64,000 nucleotides of DNA from Minisyncoccota bacterium (GTDB lineage: Bacteria; Patescibacteriota; Minisyncoccia; Phycocordibacterales; CAIZLB01). Shown piece after piece: positions 1-10,967 of this stretch. The stretch is from the NCBI GenBank assembly GCA_021734945.1, contig JAIPIA010000003.1, positions 92,895 to 156,894 on the forward strand. Reading direction: 5' to 3'. Under the pieces are notes generated by a model. That model ran no database searches, was not told the DNA's origin, and saw nothing but the letters and a program-made list of their open reading frames with translations. The number at the start of each line of letters is the position of its first letter. The first letter of the stretch is position 1. The position numbers and the translations under genes are program-made.

Positions 1-2185
1 TAGCTTTGTCGATAACCGTATCTAATATGTATTGAACTTCATCTGGCTCACCGATCAAAATCTTTCGTCTTCGATCGTACACTTTGAGTCTTTGTTGATT
101 GAGGACATCGTCATATTCCAAAACATGCTTTCTTGAATCAAAATGGAAACCTTCAATCTTTCTTTGAGCTGATTCAAGTGAACGACTAATAATACCGTGT
201 TGAATTGGCTCATCCTCAGGCATATTGAGACGACCCATCATTTTCTTAATTGTGTCATTAGCAAAAATTCGCATCAAATCATCTTCTAATGAAACGAAAA
301 ACTGCGTCTCACCAGGATCCCCTTGTCGTCCTGATCGTCCTCGAAGCTGATTGTCGATACGTCGCGCTTCATGTCGTTCTGTACCAAGTACAAAAAGACC
401 ACCCAAAGATTTTATTTCTTCATATCGTTTTTGGAGTTCTTCTGCAGATACGTCAGCTCGTGGCGCACCGCCAAGTTTGATATCTACCCCTCGTCCTGCC
501 ATGTTAGTCGCAATAGTTACTGCCCCCTTTTTACCAGCTTCAGCCACTGTCTCTCCTTCTTTTTCTGCGAACTCAGGCTTTGCGTTGAGTAATGCATGGG
601 GTACACCTTCTCTTCTCAAGAAATCTGAAAGCAATTGGTTTTTTTCAATAGAAACAGTACCCACAAGTACAGGCTGACCTTTTTGGTGAAGCTCCTTTAT
701 TTTTCGAGCGATTGCCTTGAACTTACCTTGTTCTGATTGAAAAATTAAATCTTGTTTATCCAATCGAGAAATCGGTCTATGTGTTGGTACCTCTACCACA
801 TCAAGTCCATACACTTTTAAAAATTCCTCTGAACTTGTCATACCTGTTCCTGTCATACCAGCAAGCTTTGGATACATTCGGAAATAGTTCTGAAATGTAA
901 TCGATGCATATGTACGACTTTCTTTTTGAATTGTTACACCTTCTTTTGCTTCGATTGCCTGATGGAGACCCTCTGACCACCGACGTCCAGGCTGGAGACG
1001 TCCAGTAGATGGATCGACGATAAGTACTTCCCCATTTTTAACAAGATACTCTACCTCTCTCTTATACAAAGCTTTAGCTCGGATTGCAGTTTCAAGGTGA
1101 TGAACGTATTTGATTCCACCTTCTGTATATATGTTTTCTACACCAAGTCGCTTTTCAGCTTCATCAATACCCTTTTCAGTCATCGCAATAGTCTTGAACT
1201 TTTCATCAACAGTATAGTGTTCATCTTTTTCCAAAGTATTTGCGATCTCTGCAAATGTTACATACAGATTTTCTGAATCTGTAGTTGGCGCAGAGATAAT
1301 AAGCGGAGTACGTGCTTCATCAATAAGAATAGAGTCTACTTCATCAACAATAGCGAAATTGAAGTCTAACTGACGAAGATCATTAACAGAATGTTCAATA
1401 TTGTCACGAAGATAATCAAATCCAAACTGGTTGTTGGTACCATATGTAATGTCTGCATGATACGCTTCTCTCTTTGTAGATGGCTTCAAGAATTCGTAAC
1501 CCACTTTAAAAGAACCTTCCTCAGCTTCTTCTTTTTGTGCTTTCAAAGCTTCATCAGTAATGTCAGCAGTATTTGTATTTCCATCTTTTTTATCACTTGG
1601 CGCAATGTGTTCAATATCAAATAAAAATGTAGCACCGTCATTGATAACACCAGTACTTAGACCGAGTGATTGGTAAATTTGTCCCATCCACGATGCATCT
1701 CGTCGAGCAAGATAATCATTTACAGTAATAACATGAACACCTTTTCCTGAAAGTGCATTGAGATACGCAGCAAGAGTTGCCATAAGAGTTTTCCCTTCTC
1801 CTGTCTTCATCTCTGCAATATTTCCATCGTGCAAAATCATTCCACCGATAAGCTGAACATCATAATGTCTCTGACCTAGAGTTCTGTGAGACACTTCTCG
1901 CACCACCGCAAACGCCTCCGGAAGTATCTCTCTGAGTACAATATTTAAAATCGCTTGCTCTTCAGCCTTTACACGCTTTTTATCAGAAATAGTACCATCG
2001 TGAGCTTTCACGATAGAAAGCCGATCTTGGATAATCTTTCGAAATTCTGTTGTTTTACCCTTGAGCTCAACATCAGAAAGAGCCTTGATTTTAGGCTCAA
2101 GTGTGTTGATCTGTTCTACTACCTTTCTGTACTTCTTTACCACTCGGCTAGAGCGGTCGCCAAACATCTTTTTAAGTATTTCCAT
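1..2185 (-). CDS. secA: Preprotein translocase ATPase SecA (3' end beyond window edge)
   Basis: Manual translation from ATG at 2185: [10 protein letters not shown]...[11 protein letters not shown]...[12 protein letters not shown]...[20 protein letters not shown]; absent from the ORF track because it runs off the edge. Confidence 0.97.
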   Translation of the reverse strand, partial: MEILKKMFGDRSSRVVKKYRKVVEQINTLEPKIKALSDVELKGKTTEFRKIIQDRLSIVKAHDGTISDKKRVKAEEQAILNIVLREILPEAFAVVREVSHRTLGQRHYDVQLIGGMILHDGNIAEMKTGEGKTLMATLAAYLNALSGKGVHVITVNDYLARRDASWMGQIYQSLGLSTGVINDGATFLFDIEHIAPSDKKDGNTNTADITDEALKAQKEEAEEGSFKVGYEFLKPSTKREAYHADITYGTNNQFGFDYLRDNIEHSVNDLRQLDFNFAIVDEVDSILIDEARTPLIISAPTTDSENLYVTFAEIANTLEKDEHYTVDEKFKTIAMTEKGIDEAEKRLGVENIYTEGGIKYVHHLETAIRAKALYKREVEYLVKNGEVLIVDPSTGRLQPGRRWSEGLHQAIEAKEGVTIQKESRTYASITFQNYFRMYPKLAGMTGTGMTSSEEFLKVYGLDVVEVPTHRPISRLDKQDLIFQSEQGKFKAIARKIKELHQKGQPVLVGTVSIEKNQLLSDFLRREGVPHALLNAKPEFAEKEGETVAEAGKKGAVTIATNMAGRGVDIKLGGAPRADVSAEELQKRYEEIKSLGGLFVLGTERHEARRIDNQLRGRSGRQGDPGETQFFVSLEDDLMRIFANDTIKKMMGRLNMPEDEPIQHGIISRSLESAQRKIEGFHFDSRKHVLEYDDVLNQQRLKVYDRRRKILIGEPDEVQYILDTVIDKA

Positions 2186-2384
2186 AGTGAAGGCTATTTT
2201 ACCATATTTTAAGGTTTTTTATAGACTTTATGGATGAGTCAAGAATAACACCACACCACAAAGAACGAAGCAAGTTTAGGGGGTATTAAATGAATTTCAA
2301 CATTAATTAATCAAATACTTTTCTTAGATTAAATAAAATTAAATAAAAATATATTTATTATAAAAAAGTTTCAAAGTTAAATAC

Positions 2385-2423
2385 AAAACAAAACACTCCG
2401 GTTTTTACGCGGAGTGTTTTGTT
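2385..2423 (-). terminator. Intrinsic terminator after the lysine-rich peptide gene
   Basis: AACAAAACACTCCG / CGGAGTGTTTTGTT inverted repeat with U-tract on the minus strand. Confidence 0.75.
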
Positions 2424-2439
2424 AAGTGAGAAAATAAAA

Positions 2440-2535
2440 TTATTTTCGCTTCTTTGTAGCCTTCTTTGCTTTCTTCTTTGCTACTTTCTTTACTGCCTTC
2501 TTTACTGCCTTCTTTGCTGCTTTTTTTGCTGCCAT
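2440..2535 (-). CDS. 31-aa Lys/Ala-rich histone H1-like basic peptide
   Basis: MAAKKAAKKAVKKAVKKVAKKKAKKATKKRK*, open frame followed by a strong terminator. Confidence 0.8.
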   Translation of the reverse strand: MAAKKAAKKAVKKAVKKVAKKKAKKATKKRK

Positions 2536-2812
2536 AAAATTTATTTGAAGTAAGGAACTATTATTGGTAAGTGATAGTGATGATGACCGTTCATCTCTAT
2601 GCATGTACTAATTATCTTTCACATTTCAATTACTAGCAATATTTTTTTTAAAAAACTTGTGGATAACTTTTTTATTTTTAAATTATTTTATTTTCATTTT
2701 TAAATTATTAAAATATTTTTGCTGAGTTTTTTATTTTAAGTTAATTTAATAAGTTTTTAAATATGCCAACAGACCTTCCTATATTTTTATATAATATTTT
2801 ATAACACTCTAC

Positions 2813-2853
2813 AACAAAAGAACCACTAACTTTTTTGCTAGTGGTTCTTTTGT
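2813..2853 (-). terminator. Intrinsic terminator of the O-antigen ligase-like gene
   Basis: ACAAAAGAACCACTA / TAGTGGTTCTTTTGT inverted repeat. Confidence 0.7.
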
Positions 2854-2893
2854 TTAAACTAAGTTTGCTTCCTTCTGACTCTCAGTTCGAAAT

Positions 2894-5302
2894 CTATTTT
2901 ACTGTTGGTTGTGATGGGTCTCTACCTGCGAGAATCTCATTGATGTAAAACTCTCCCGTTGCTTTGAAGTCTGGCGATAGCTCAATCACTTTTTTGATTT
3001 GAGCAATAGCTTCAGTTCTTTTATTCATCTTGAGATATAGTCCTGCGAGAGACATATACGTCTGAGGATTATTTGGATCACTAGCAATCTTTATTTGAGC
3101 AATTGATATTATTTCACTATACTGCTTCTTCTGAAGAAAGGCATCGATAATTCTCTCATCAGTTACAAGATCAACTTCCCCGTTGAGAATTTGTTTTGCA
3201 TCTGCGATTCTATCTGCATAAATGAGTGATAGAGCATAAAGAACTCTAGATTCCTTACTTGTAGTTTCCAAGTCATACGCAGTTTTGAATGTTTCAACTG
3301 CTTTTGGAAATTGACCTAAAGAAACTTCGATAATCCCTTTTTGAAACAAAAATGATTGTTTTGTAGGAGAAAGAGCAATCGCTTTATCAATATATACTTC
3401 AGCCTCTTTAAACAATCCAAATTTTTGTAAGTACAAACTTAAGAATACTAAAGGACGTGGATCATTTGGTGTTTCTTTTATTGCATTCTGATACTCAGTT
3501 GCAACTAATGTTGTGTAGGCTGTTATAAGCTCAGCATCTTTACTACCATTGAGAATAGTTGGGGTAATCTCTGCAAGACGCTCACGAATCTCTGTGTTTG
3601 CAAATGTATTGTAATCGAGAGCTTGTTGGAATAGTGCAAGAACATTTTTAGGAGACGCTGCCTGTTCGCCTAGTACTTTTGCAGCTTCAGGTTGTGATAA
3701 CTGTAGTGCCTTAATCAAAGTAGTACCTGCCATGTATGGTTTATATACAGCAGCATTCACTGAATAGCCGAAAGTGACGATAGCGACAGCAACAATCGCT
3801 ATTCGTGCTGTTGAACTATCTAATACTGATATACCCTTAGAAGAATGTTTATCCTCTGACTTAGATGAAATCTTACTTACCAAAGACCCTTGCTGGTTCA
3901 CATACGCCAACAATATAAAGAAGAGTATGTAACTTGAGAGGTTATCAAAGATAAATATATTGTGAACAAAATATGCAGTTAGTAATCCTGTAATTACTGA
4001 TTTCTCAAGAATGTCATACAGCACATTTTCTTTATTTAATTGTACCTTCTTCCAAAGGACGTAAAGTAATGCAAAGAAAAGTCCAAGATAACTAAGTAGA
4101 CCAAGAATTCCTCCGGCAATAAGCCAATCAAAGAATACATTGTGAGTACGATCGAACCATTGCTCCTGTGCATACATCTTTGGATCATAGTGCTTTGCAA
4201 AAACGTATGGGAAATTGTCTTGACCCCAACCGAGTATAGGTTTCTCTTCTACCCCTTTCCATGCCATACCCCAGAGCAAAGTTCGTGCCTTACCTTGAGT
4301 TTCAAAAACATTCTTAACATCAAATGTGATGAGTGAACTAAACCGATTCAATAAGTCAGAACTTTTAACAAAATTAGAATCTTTATTCATTCCGAGAAAA
4401 CCTACAGCAACAACAACTACAACGAGAGAAACGATACTGAATTTCTTTATTACATTTTTTGTAGAATGAGAAACTGTTTCTTTAATTTTTCCTTTGCCAA
4501 AAAGGACCATCACAAGTGGTATAAGAGCCATTATAAAGAATCCAGCCACGAGACCAACAAATGATCCTCGTGTACCTGTGTTATATAGAACAATTATATT
4601 GAAGAGAGCAGCAAGAGTATACGCAATATGTGATACTGGCGCTTCTTTAAATTTCCTTGCACTCTTAAGTGTGACAAATAAAAGACCTGCAATAAATATG
4701 TGTATGAGAGAATACACACCTAGATAACTTGAATTTCCTAGAGGACCTGCAATACGAATTGTACTTCCTAATGTGCCAAACAACGACTCAAAGAAATATT
4801 TTATACCTTTGACTGCTTCCACCAAAAAGGCACTGTCACGCGATGTGTCGTATTCGGCAAAGGCTCGAAGACCTAAAACAATACTAACAGCAAGACTTGT
4901 ATTAAACAGAGCATACCACGCCTTTTTTGTACGCAATACTGAAGTAACAACGACAAAATAAAAGAAGAGATGCAAAATTGTTATATACCCTTCCATACGC
5001 TCGAAGTTACTCCAGAAAGATTTTGATACATCTACAGACGTAAGAGTTGCAATACCTAGGACTGCAGTAAAAGTAAATACTGCAGTAAGAATAGTACCTC
5101 TTTTAGGTATAAATGATCGGTCAAAAGCAGCAAGTACTATATATAGTATAGTCGCGATTTCGACGAAGAGCCTAAAGATAAATGCTTTTCCAGTAATATA
5201 AGGGAAAAACAGAGAAGTGCTCACTATAAGCGGTACAAACAACGTGCCATATATGAGCGCTATTATTGTGTATAAGAGAATGTTTTGGGTATTTCGGTTC
5301 AT
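2894..5302 (-). CDS. O-antigen ligase / O-oligosaccharyltransferase family membrane protein with C-terminal TPRs
   Basis: Many TM helices, TGTRG motif, R..LW..A...KPILGWGQDNF, DRTHN motif, TPR-like C-terminus. Confidence 0.85.
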   Translation of the reverse strand: MNRNTQNILLYTIIALIYGTLFVPLIVSTSLFFPYITGKAFIFRLFVEIATILYIVLAAFDRSFIPKRGTILTAVFTFTAVLGIATLTSVDVSKSFWSNFERMEGYITILHLFFYFVVVTSVLRTKKAWYALFNTSLAVSIVLGLRAFAEYDTSRDSAFLVEAVKGIKYFFESLFGTLGSTIRIAGPLGNSSYLGVYSLIHIFIAGLLFVTLKSARKFKEAPVSHIAYTLAALFNIIVLYNTGTRGSFVGLVAGFFIMALIPLVMVLFGKGKIKETVSHSTKNVIKKFSIVSLVVVVVAVGFLGMNKDSNFVKSSDLLNRFSSLITFDVKNVFETQGKARTLLWGMAWKGVEEKPILGWGQDNFPYVFAKHYDPKMYAQEQWFDRTHNVFFDWLIAGGILGLLSYLGLFFALLYVLWKKVQLNKENVLYDILEKSVITGLLTAYFVHNIFIFDNLSSYILFFILLAYVNQQGSLVSKISSKSEDKHSSKGISVLDSSTARIAIVAVAIVTFGYSVNAAVYKPYMAGTTLIKALQLSQPEAAKVLGEQAASPKNVLALFQQALDYNTFANTEIRERLAEITPTILNGSKDAELITAYTTLVATEYQNAIKETPNDPRPLVFLSLYLQKFGLFKEAEVYIDKAIALSPTKQSFLFQKGIIEVSLGQFPKAVETFKTAYDLETTSKESRVLYALSLIYADRIADAKQILNGEVDLVTDERIIDAFLQKKQYSEIISIAQIKIASDPNNPQTYMSLAGLYLKMNKRTEAIAQIKKVIELSPDFKATGEFYINEILAGRDPSQPTVK

Positions 5303-5408
5303 AATGCAATTAAATGGCTATAAATATACAATTGACTAGTAAATATGACTGGAAGTATACCACACCCAAGAATGAGTAAAAGCTGATATAATAGGAAAAA
5401 ATACATTT

Positions 5409-6713
5409 ATGAGCATCTCAAGCAGTCTCCTCTCGCTAAAAAACAAATACCTCAGAGCAATGGAGGGGCCGGGTTTTATTAAATATCTTAAAAATAGTGG
5501 ATGGATGTTTGTAGCTCGAGTCGTATCTTTGGTGATTTCATTTTTTGTCACTACATACATCGCTCGCTACCTTGGACCATACAATTACGGGCAATTAAGT
5601 TATGCTATTAGTTTTGTTGCACTTTTCTCTTTTATTTCGACATTAGGAATCGATTCTGTTCTATATAGAGAAATATTAAGATATAGTGAAAAAAAGGACA
5701 TATACATTGGGTCAGCCCTCGTATTGAAACTTTTAGCAGGACTCCTCGCTTCCCTACTCTCTATCATCACAGCTTACCTGACAGGGACACACGATGTTGC
5801 ACTACTTCTTATCGCCATCATATCGTTCACATTTATATTCAATTCTTTTAATATAATTGTCTTTGAATTTCAAGCGGCAGTAGAGTCAAAGATTCCTTCA
5901 ATAATCGCTGTCGTAGTTACACTCATTTTAAGTTTTGCAAAAGTTGCAGTTGTTGTATTCGATAAAGGCATTATTTATTTATCCCTTGTATTGCTCCTCG
6001 AATCCATTCTCTATGCAGGACTATACATAGTATTTCGTATTAAAAAATACGGTTCAATTTCAAATTGGAGTTTTGATAAAAATATAGCTGTATCTATCAT
6101 GAAAGACTCATGGCCAATGATGTTTGGTAGCGCGTTTGCTTTAGTCTATGCTCGAATTGATCAGGTATTCATCAAGTCTCTCGTCGACGTACAATCAGTA
6201 GGTATATACGATGCCGCTGTCAGACTTTCAGAGGTGTGGTACTTTTTACCTAACATCCTCTTGGCTTCACTCTTCCCTGCAATCATGAACGCACGAGGAA
6301 CAAATCTGTCTACATATTATAAGAGGATGAAATATGTACTATTATTGATGATTATCCTTTCATTTAGCATTGCAATACCCACTACATTCTTTGCTAAAGA
6401 AATAGTACATATTGTCTTTGGCCCAGCTTTCATCGGAAGCTATATCATCCTACAGATATATATTTGGAGTTTGGCTGGTACGTACATAAACCATGCGATA
6501 TCTTACTTTTTGATCGCTGAGAATTACAGAAAAATGATTTTTACATCATCACTTGTTGGCATGATTTTAAATGTCATTTTAAATATACTCTTGATTCCAA
6601 GATACGGCATTTCAGGAGCAGCCATCGCAACCCTCATATCATACACAATGGGGCCATTATCTTTGATATGCTACAGAGAATTTAGATACAAACTTAGATT
6701 AATACTGGCGTAA
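5409..6713 (+). CDS. Wzx-type polysaccharide flippase
   Basis: ARYLGP..YG, RIDQVFI...VGIYDAA, LIPRYGISGAAIAT motifs; about 12 TM helices. Confidence 0.9.
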   Translation: MSISSSLLSLKNKYLRAMEGPGFIKYLKNSGWMFVARVVSLVISFFVTTYIARYLGPYNYGQLSYAISFVALFSFISTLGIDSVLYREILRYSEKKDIYIGSALVLKLLAGLLASLLSIITAYLTGTHDVALLLIAIISFTFIFNSFNIIVFEFQAAVESKIPSIIAVVVTLILSFAKVAVVVFDKGIIYLSLVLLLESILYAGLYIVFRIKKYGSISNWSFDKNIAVSIMKDSWPMMFGSAFALVYARIDQVFIKSLVDVQSVGIYDAAVRLSEVWYFLPNILLASLFPAIMNARGTNLSTYYKRMKYVLLLMIILSFSIAIPTTFFAKEIVHIVFGPAFIGSYIILQIYIWSLAGTYINHAISYFLIAENYRKMIFTSSLVGMILNVILNILLIPRYGISGAAIATLISYTMGPLSLICYREFRYKLRLILA

Positions 6714-6751
6714 ATAATAAAACCAGTAAAGACAAGAAACTCAAACAAACA

Positions 6752-7630
6752 ATGAATCTATTCAAATTAAAAACAAAAATAAGAAGGTCGCTCAATCAAA
6801 AACTCAAGTTTGAACACCCTTCATCTGCTCCATTCTTAAGTGGAGATACATTTCGATCAATTTGTAATCATGCATATGATGAGTTTTCTGATATTGATCC
6901 ACACCAGGTACAACAAAGTGATATCGTTTTTGTTAAGAATAATTTTCTGAAAGATTTTTTTGTGGAAATTCATCCGGAGATTAAAAATCAGTATATACTA
7001 CTCAGCCACAACGACGATACAACCATAGATGAGTCTTTTCTTCCTTTCGTTGATGAGAAAATAATTCACTGGTTTGGTGTAAATATAAATGTAGAGCACC
7101 CAAAGATGACACCCTTACCTATCGGCCTTGAAAATATGAGCTACAGAAGAAATGGCTTATTAAAATATTTTGACAAAAAGGAGATGTCCAATAAAAAATC
7201 ACAAGAAAAATATATAATTTCTGCTATTAATATTGAAAAACATACTAATAAAGAACGTATTTTTGCAGTAGAACAGGCGAAGAAAAATTCATTGGTTACG
7301 ACGATCCTTGCAATGAGTAATCACCAAGAATACATCGATACTATTCAACAATATAAATTCATTATTTCACCACGAGGTGAAGGAATTGATTGCCATAGGA
7401 CATGGGAAGCACTTTATCTTGGCCTCTTTCCTATAGTCACTGAATGTCCAAATACTAATTCCTTTGTCCGGGCAGGAATCCCCCTATTTCCACTTAAAAG
7501 TTGGGAAAACATTGGTTCAGTAAACCAAACTGAATTGGTAGATTTTTATAATAAGAATATGGACAAGTTAAACCACCCCGCTGCATTTATTGACTATTGG
7601 ATAGACTTAATCCATAAAAAGAGAGTCTAG
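6752..7630 (+). CDS. Exostosin (GT47)-like glycosyltransferase
   Basis: YKFIISPRGEGIDCHRTWEAL..G..PIV motif. Confidence 0.65.
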   Translation: MNLFKLKTKIRRSLNQKLKFEHPSSAPFLSGDTFRSICNHAYDEFSDIDPHQVQQSDIVFVKNNFLKDFFVEIHPEIKNQYILLSHNDDTTIDESFLPFVDEKIIHWFGVNINVEHPKMTPLPIGLENMSYRRNGLLKYFDKKEMSNKKSQEKYIISAINIEKHTNKERIFAVEQAKKNSLVTTILAMSNHQEYIDTIQQYKFIISPRGEGIDCHRTWEALYLGLFPIVTECPNTNSFVRAGIPLFPLKSWENIGSVNQTELVDFYNKNMDKLNHPAAFIDYWIDLIHKKRV

Positions 7631-7683
7631 GACCTCTAATTCTTGCTCGGAAAACCACTAGACCAGTATGCTACAATAATGTC

Positions 7684-8406
7684 ATGAAAATTAGTCTTAT
7701 TGCCTCACTTTATAAAACAGATAAGCAGATTAAAAGTTGGTGTAAGTGGCTCACAAAGTTTACAAATAAACTTAGTCAAGCAGGTGTTGATTTTGAAGTT
7801 ATCATTATTGCAAATGAGCCAAATACATACGAACAATCTGTTTTAAATACTGTAAAAGATTTTTCTTGGGTTAGATATTATGAAGTGCCTCGAGAAACAA
7901 TATATGCATCTTGGAACAGGGGTATCCGATGTTCAACTGGTGAAGTATATGGGTTCATAAATGTTGATGATGTTCGTTTTGTTACTGGTATTGTGGATGG
8001 TATACAGAGAATTCAAAAAGGTGCTGACTTTGTGTACTTCCCTTTTATTTACAAAAGATATATTAGAATTTTTAACTTTCTAATACTTGTAAAGAGAAAA
8101 ATGTTTACACCTGAGACACCAGAAGTTGCAGTAAAGATTAAGGGAATGCCTTATGGTCCATTCTGGCTTGTTTCTAGTAAGTTCATAGACAAAGTAGGTT
8201 CTTTTGATGAAAGTTTTAAAGTTGCAGGTGACTACGAATGGAGCATGAGGACAAAAACAAAAGGAATCTATGAACTATCGGATGTTGTATCTGGTATCTT
8301 TACGAGCGATGGCAAGACGTTAAGTGGCAGCAAAAGCCCAATTCACGCTCAGGAAAATGAAAGAATTGGTAATATGTATAGTGAAGCAGAACCGACCAAA
8401 GCTTAG
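7684..8406 (+). CDS. Family 2 glycosyltransferase
   Basis: IYASWNRGI, NVDD, FDESFKVAGDYEW motifs. Confidence 0.85.
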   Translation: MKISLIASLYKTDKQIKSWCKWLTKFTNKLSQAGVDFEVIIIANEPNTYEQSVLNTVKDFSWVRYYEVPRETIYASWNRGIRCSTGEVYGFINVDDVRFVTGIVDGIQRIQKGADFVYFPFIYKRYIRIFNFLILVKRKMFTPETPEVAVKIKGMPYGPFWLVSSKFIDKVGSFDESFKVAGDYEWSMRTKTKGIYELSDVVSGIFTSDGKTLSGSKSPIHAQENERIGNMYSEAEPTKA

Positions 8407-8433
8407 ACTTAAAAAATATTCAAAGATTAGATT

Positions 8434-9411
8434 ATGAAAATAGTTGCATTGTTGCCGGTTAAAAATGAAGGATGGGTCTTGGATACTTACCTATCATCAC
8501 TAAACTCATTTTGTGATTTAATTGTCGCGCTTGATGATGGATCAACAGACAACACACTTGAAATACTGAATAAACACAATGTTGTTACAGTAAAAAATGA
8601 CTACAAAGGAGATAACTGGGCAGAACACTCAATGCGCCAGAAGCTTTTAGAGATTGGTCGTGAGAATGGTGGTACACACTTTGTTTGCCTTGATGGTGAC
8701 GAGGCATTTTCTTCTGGCTTTAGAGGAGAAGAGGCCCGCTCAACGATACTGAATTTAAAAAAAGGTGAAACACTCGCTTTTAGATGGGTTACTTTATGGA
8801 AATCGATCAATACAGAGAGAATCGATGAACCTTGGGATAATTTATATAAAGACTTTGTATTCTGTGACGACGAAAAACTTGAATATAAATATAAATTTAT
8901 GCACGTTAGTAGGACTCCTGAATATTCAGACAATACTCCTAAAAAAGTAATAAAAGTTGAGGATAAAAATAGTGTTGTTTTACACTTCAAGTTTTATAAT
9001 TATTCGAGAACACTCTACAACCTAGCGTGGTATAGGTGCTCAGAACTTATACATAATATTAGGCCCGCCAAAAAGATTAACCTTATGTATGGCATTACAC
9101 TCGACTCTCGTAATGTCAAAAAGCGAGTATTAGATAATTCCCTCTTCAAAGACTTACCTATTCCTAGTTTGACTTCTACTGAAGATAGCTAGTTTCGTAA
9201 GCAAGTTCTGGTTTGGTTTGAAAAGTTTGGTATTGAAAAATTCGAACCCCTCGAGATTTGGCAAATTGAAGAACTAAAGAATATTTTTATCAAAAAAGTC
9301 GGACGAAATCCCGTACCCCAAACATATCCAAAATTGATTATTGAAGTAAATAAATTACGGAATAAGATATTAAACTCATCATTATCCAAAAAACTTAAAT
9401 TAAGAAAATAG
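8434..9411 (+). pseudogene. Family 2 glycosyltransferase interrupted by an in-frame TAG at 9190-9192
   Basis: LPVKNE, LDDGSTDNT, LDGDE motifs; same frame continues 72 codons past the TAG (FRKQVLVWFEKFGIEKFEPLEIW...) to TAG at 9409-9411, 5 nt before the next gene. Confidence 0.7.
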
Positions 9412-9416
9412 TAGAC

Positions 9417-10391
9417 ATGCTTAATATATATACTCATACAAAAAAAATATTTTCGAAAGAGTATTTAAAATATACTTTAGCTAAATTTACAGGTAGAAAT
9501 CGCGGGCCCTTAGCGGTTGCAAACAGTCTAGTGCGTGGTTTAAAAGAATTAAACGTTGAATACAGAATTAATCCAAGATATTCGACTTTAAAAGCAACCG
9601 ATGTGGTTCATGTTATTTCAGGAATACAAGCAGCAAAAGATTTAATTGCACTTAGAAAAAAAGGGCGAATAAAAAGACTGACAGCTGGTCCAAATCTTAC
9701 ACTTGCACCACACGAAGAAAATTCACTTTATATGAGCCCAGAGATAGAGAAGATATTGTTTCCTTCAGAATGGCCCAAAAATTATTTTGTTGAATTTGAT
9801 AAAATTTTTAATGAAAAGATCGATATTTGGCCAGCTGGAGTAAAAGACCCAGGCACACCCAAAAAACCAGTCAAAAGCCGTGACTTCACCTGTCTGCTCT
9901 ATATCAAAAATTCCCCTATTGAACTTATCAAAAAAATTCAAGACGTACTATTAGATAAAAAGATTCCTACCACCATACTCGAGTACGGTAAATTTAATCA
10001 AAAGGAATTTTTCAGTGCATTAGAGAAAGTTGCTTTCATGATTTATGTATCACCAACTGAAAGCCAAGGACTTGCCCTGCATGAAGCTTGGATGCGGGAT
10101 ATTCCAACACTTGTCTGGAATAGAGGTTATTGGGAATATAAGGGACATACGGTTTATTTTGATAAAATTAGTGCCCCTTATTTAACTCCAGCGTGTGGTA
10201 TATTCTTTAAAAATAGTCATGAATTTAGGGATATGTTAGAATACTTTCATAAAATTAGAGACCATTTTGAACCACGAGCATACAACTTGTCAAAGTTCAC
10301 CGATGCATTAACAGCAAGTATTTTTTTAAAAAAAATAGAGAAAACTCATGAAAAGATTACTACGGAAGATAATCCGCCTACCGGCAATTAA
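9417..10391 (+). CDS. GT-B (family 4-like) glycosyltransferase
   Basis: ESQGLALHEAW EX7E motif; glycan cluster context. Confidence 0.75.
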   Translation: MLNIYTHTKKIFSKEYLKYTLAKFTGRNRGPLAVANSLVRGLKELNVEYRINPRYSTLKATDVVHVISGIQAAKDLIALRKKGRIKRLTAGPNLTLAPHEENSLYMSPEIEKILFPSEWPKNYFVEFDKIFNEKIDIWPAGVKDPGTPKKPVKSRDFTCLLYIKNSPIELIKKIQDVLLDKKIPTTILEYGKFNQKEFFSALEKVAFMIYVSPTESQGLALHEAWMRDIPTLVWNRGYWEYKGHTVYFDKISAPYLTPACGIFFKNSHEFRDMLEYFHKIRDHFEPRAYNLSKFTDALTASIFLKKIEKTHEKITTEDNPPTGN

Positions 10392-10965
10392 TAAAATTAA
10401 AGAAAAGATACTTGAGAAAAAATGGAACGCAGGAAAGATGAAATTTCCCCCATCAATAATAAAGCAAAAAAATATTCTTGAATTTGCTAAGAGAGGTGGT
10501 ATCCTAAGTCTTATAGAAACCGGGACATACTTAGGAGACACTGTGTATGCACTAAAACCTCATTTTATTCATATAGATTCTATAGAACTTAGTGAAGAAC
10601 TTTATAACAATGCAGTCAAAAGATTTAGGAATGATGCCAATATAACTATTTGGAATGGAGACAGTCCTGAAGTCTTAGAAAAAATACTATTGAACAAAAA
10701 AGATAAAGTCATATTTTGGCTTGATGCGCACTATTCTGACGGAGTAACATCTAAAAGTTCTACCTATGGAGATTCTCCTATAAAGCAAGAGCTGAATGTT
10801 ATATTTAAATGGTGGATAGCAGGTAGTGTTATTTTAATTGATGATGCACGACTTTTTATCGGTCAAGACAACTATCCATTAATTTCAGAGCTAGAGGTTG
10901 AAGTTAAAAATATCTTTCCTTCTTTAACATTTGAAGTGAAAGATGATGTAATAAGAATCTTCTAA
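10348..10965 (+). CDS. SAM-dependent methyltransferase-like protein
   Basis: IETGTYLGDT, SIELS, FWLDAH, ILIDDAR motifs. Confidence 0.7.
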   Translation: MKRLLRKIIRLPAINKIKEKILEKKWNAGKMKFPPSIIKQKNILEFAKRGGILSLIETGTYLGDTVYALKPHFIHIDSIELSEELYNNAVKRFRNDANITIWNGDSPEVLEKILLNKKDKVIFWLDAHYSDGVTSKSSTYGDSPIKQELNVIFKWWIAGSVILIDDARLFIGQDNYPLISELEVEVKNIFPSLTFEVKDDVIRIF

Positions 10966-10967
10966 GT

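Noticed and set aside
289-2212. Short plus-strand ORFs in the ORF track
   Set aside because: Antisense shadows of secA; the same applies to most short ORFs opposite long genes across the window.
2620-2800. Possible replication origin (TGTGGATAA at 2658-2666 plus AT-rich tract)
   Set aside because: Only one clear DnaA box and no dnaA/dnaN nearby; more likely a promoter region.
9190-9192. Genome-wide stop-codon reassignment
   Set aside because: Conserved genes end normally at TAG (pyk, rplJ, ssb, rpsR) and long ORFs are unbroken under code 11.
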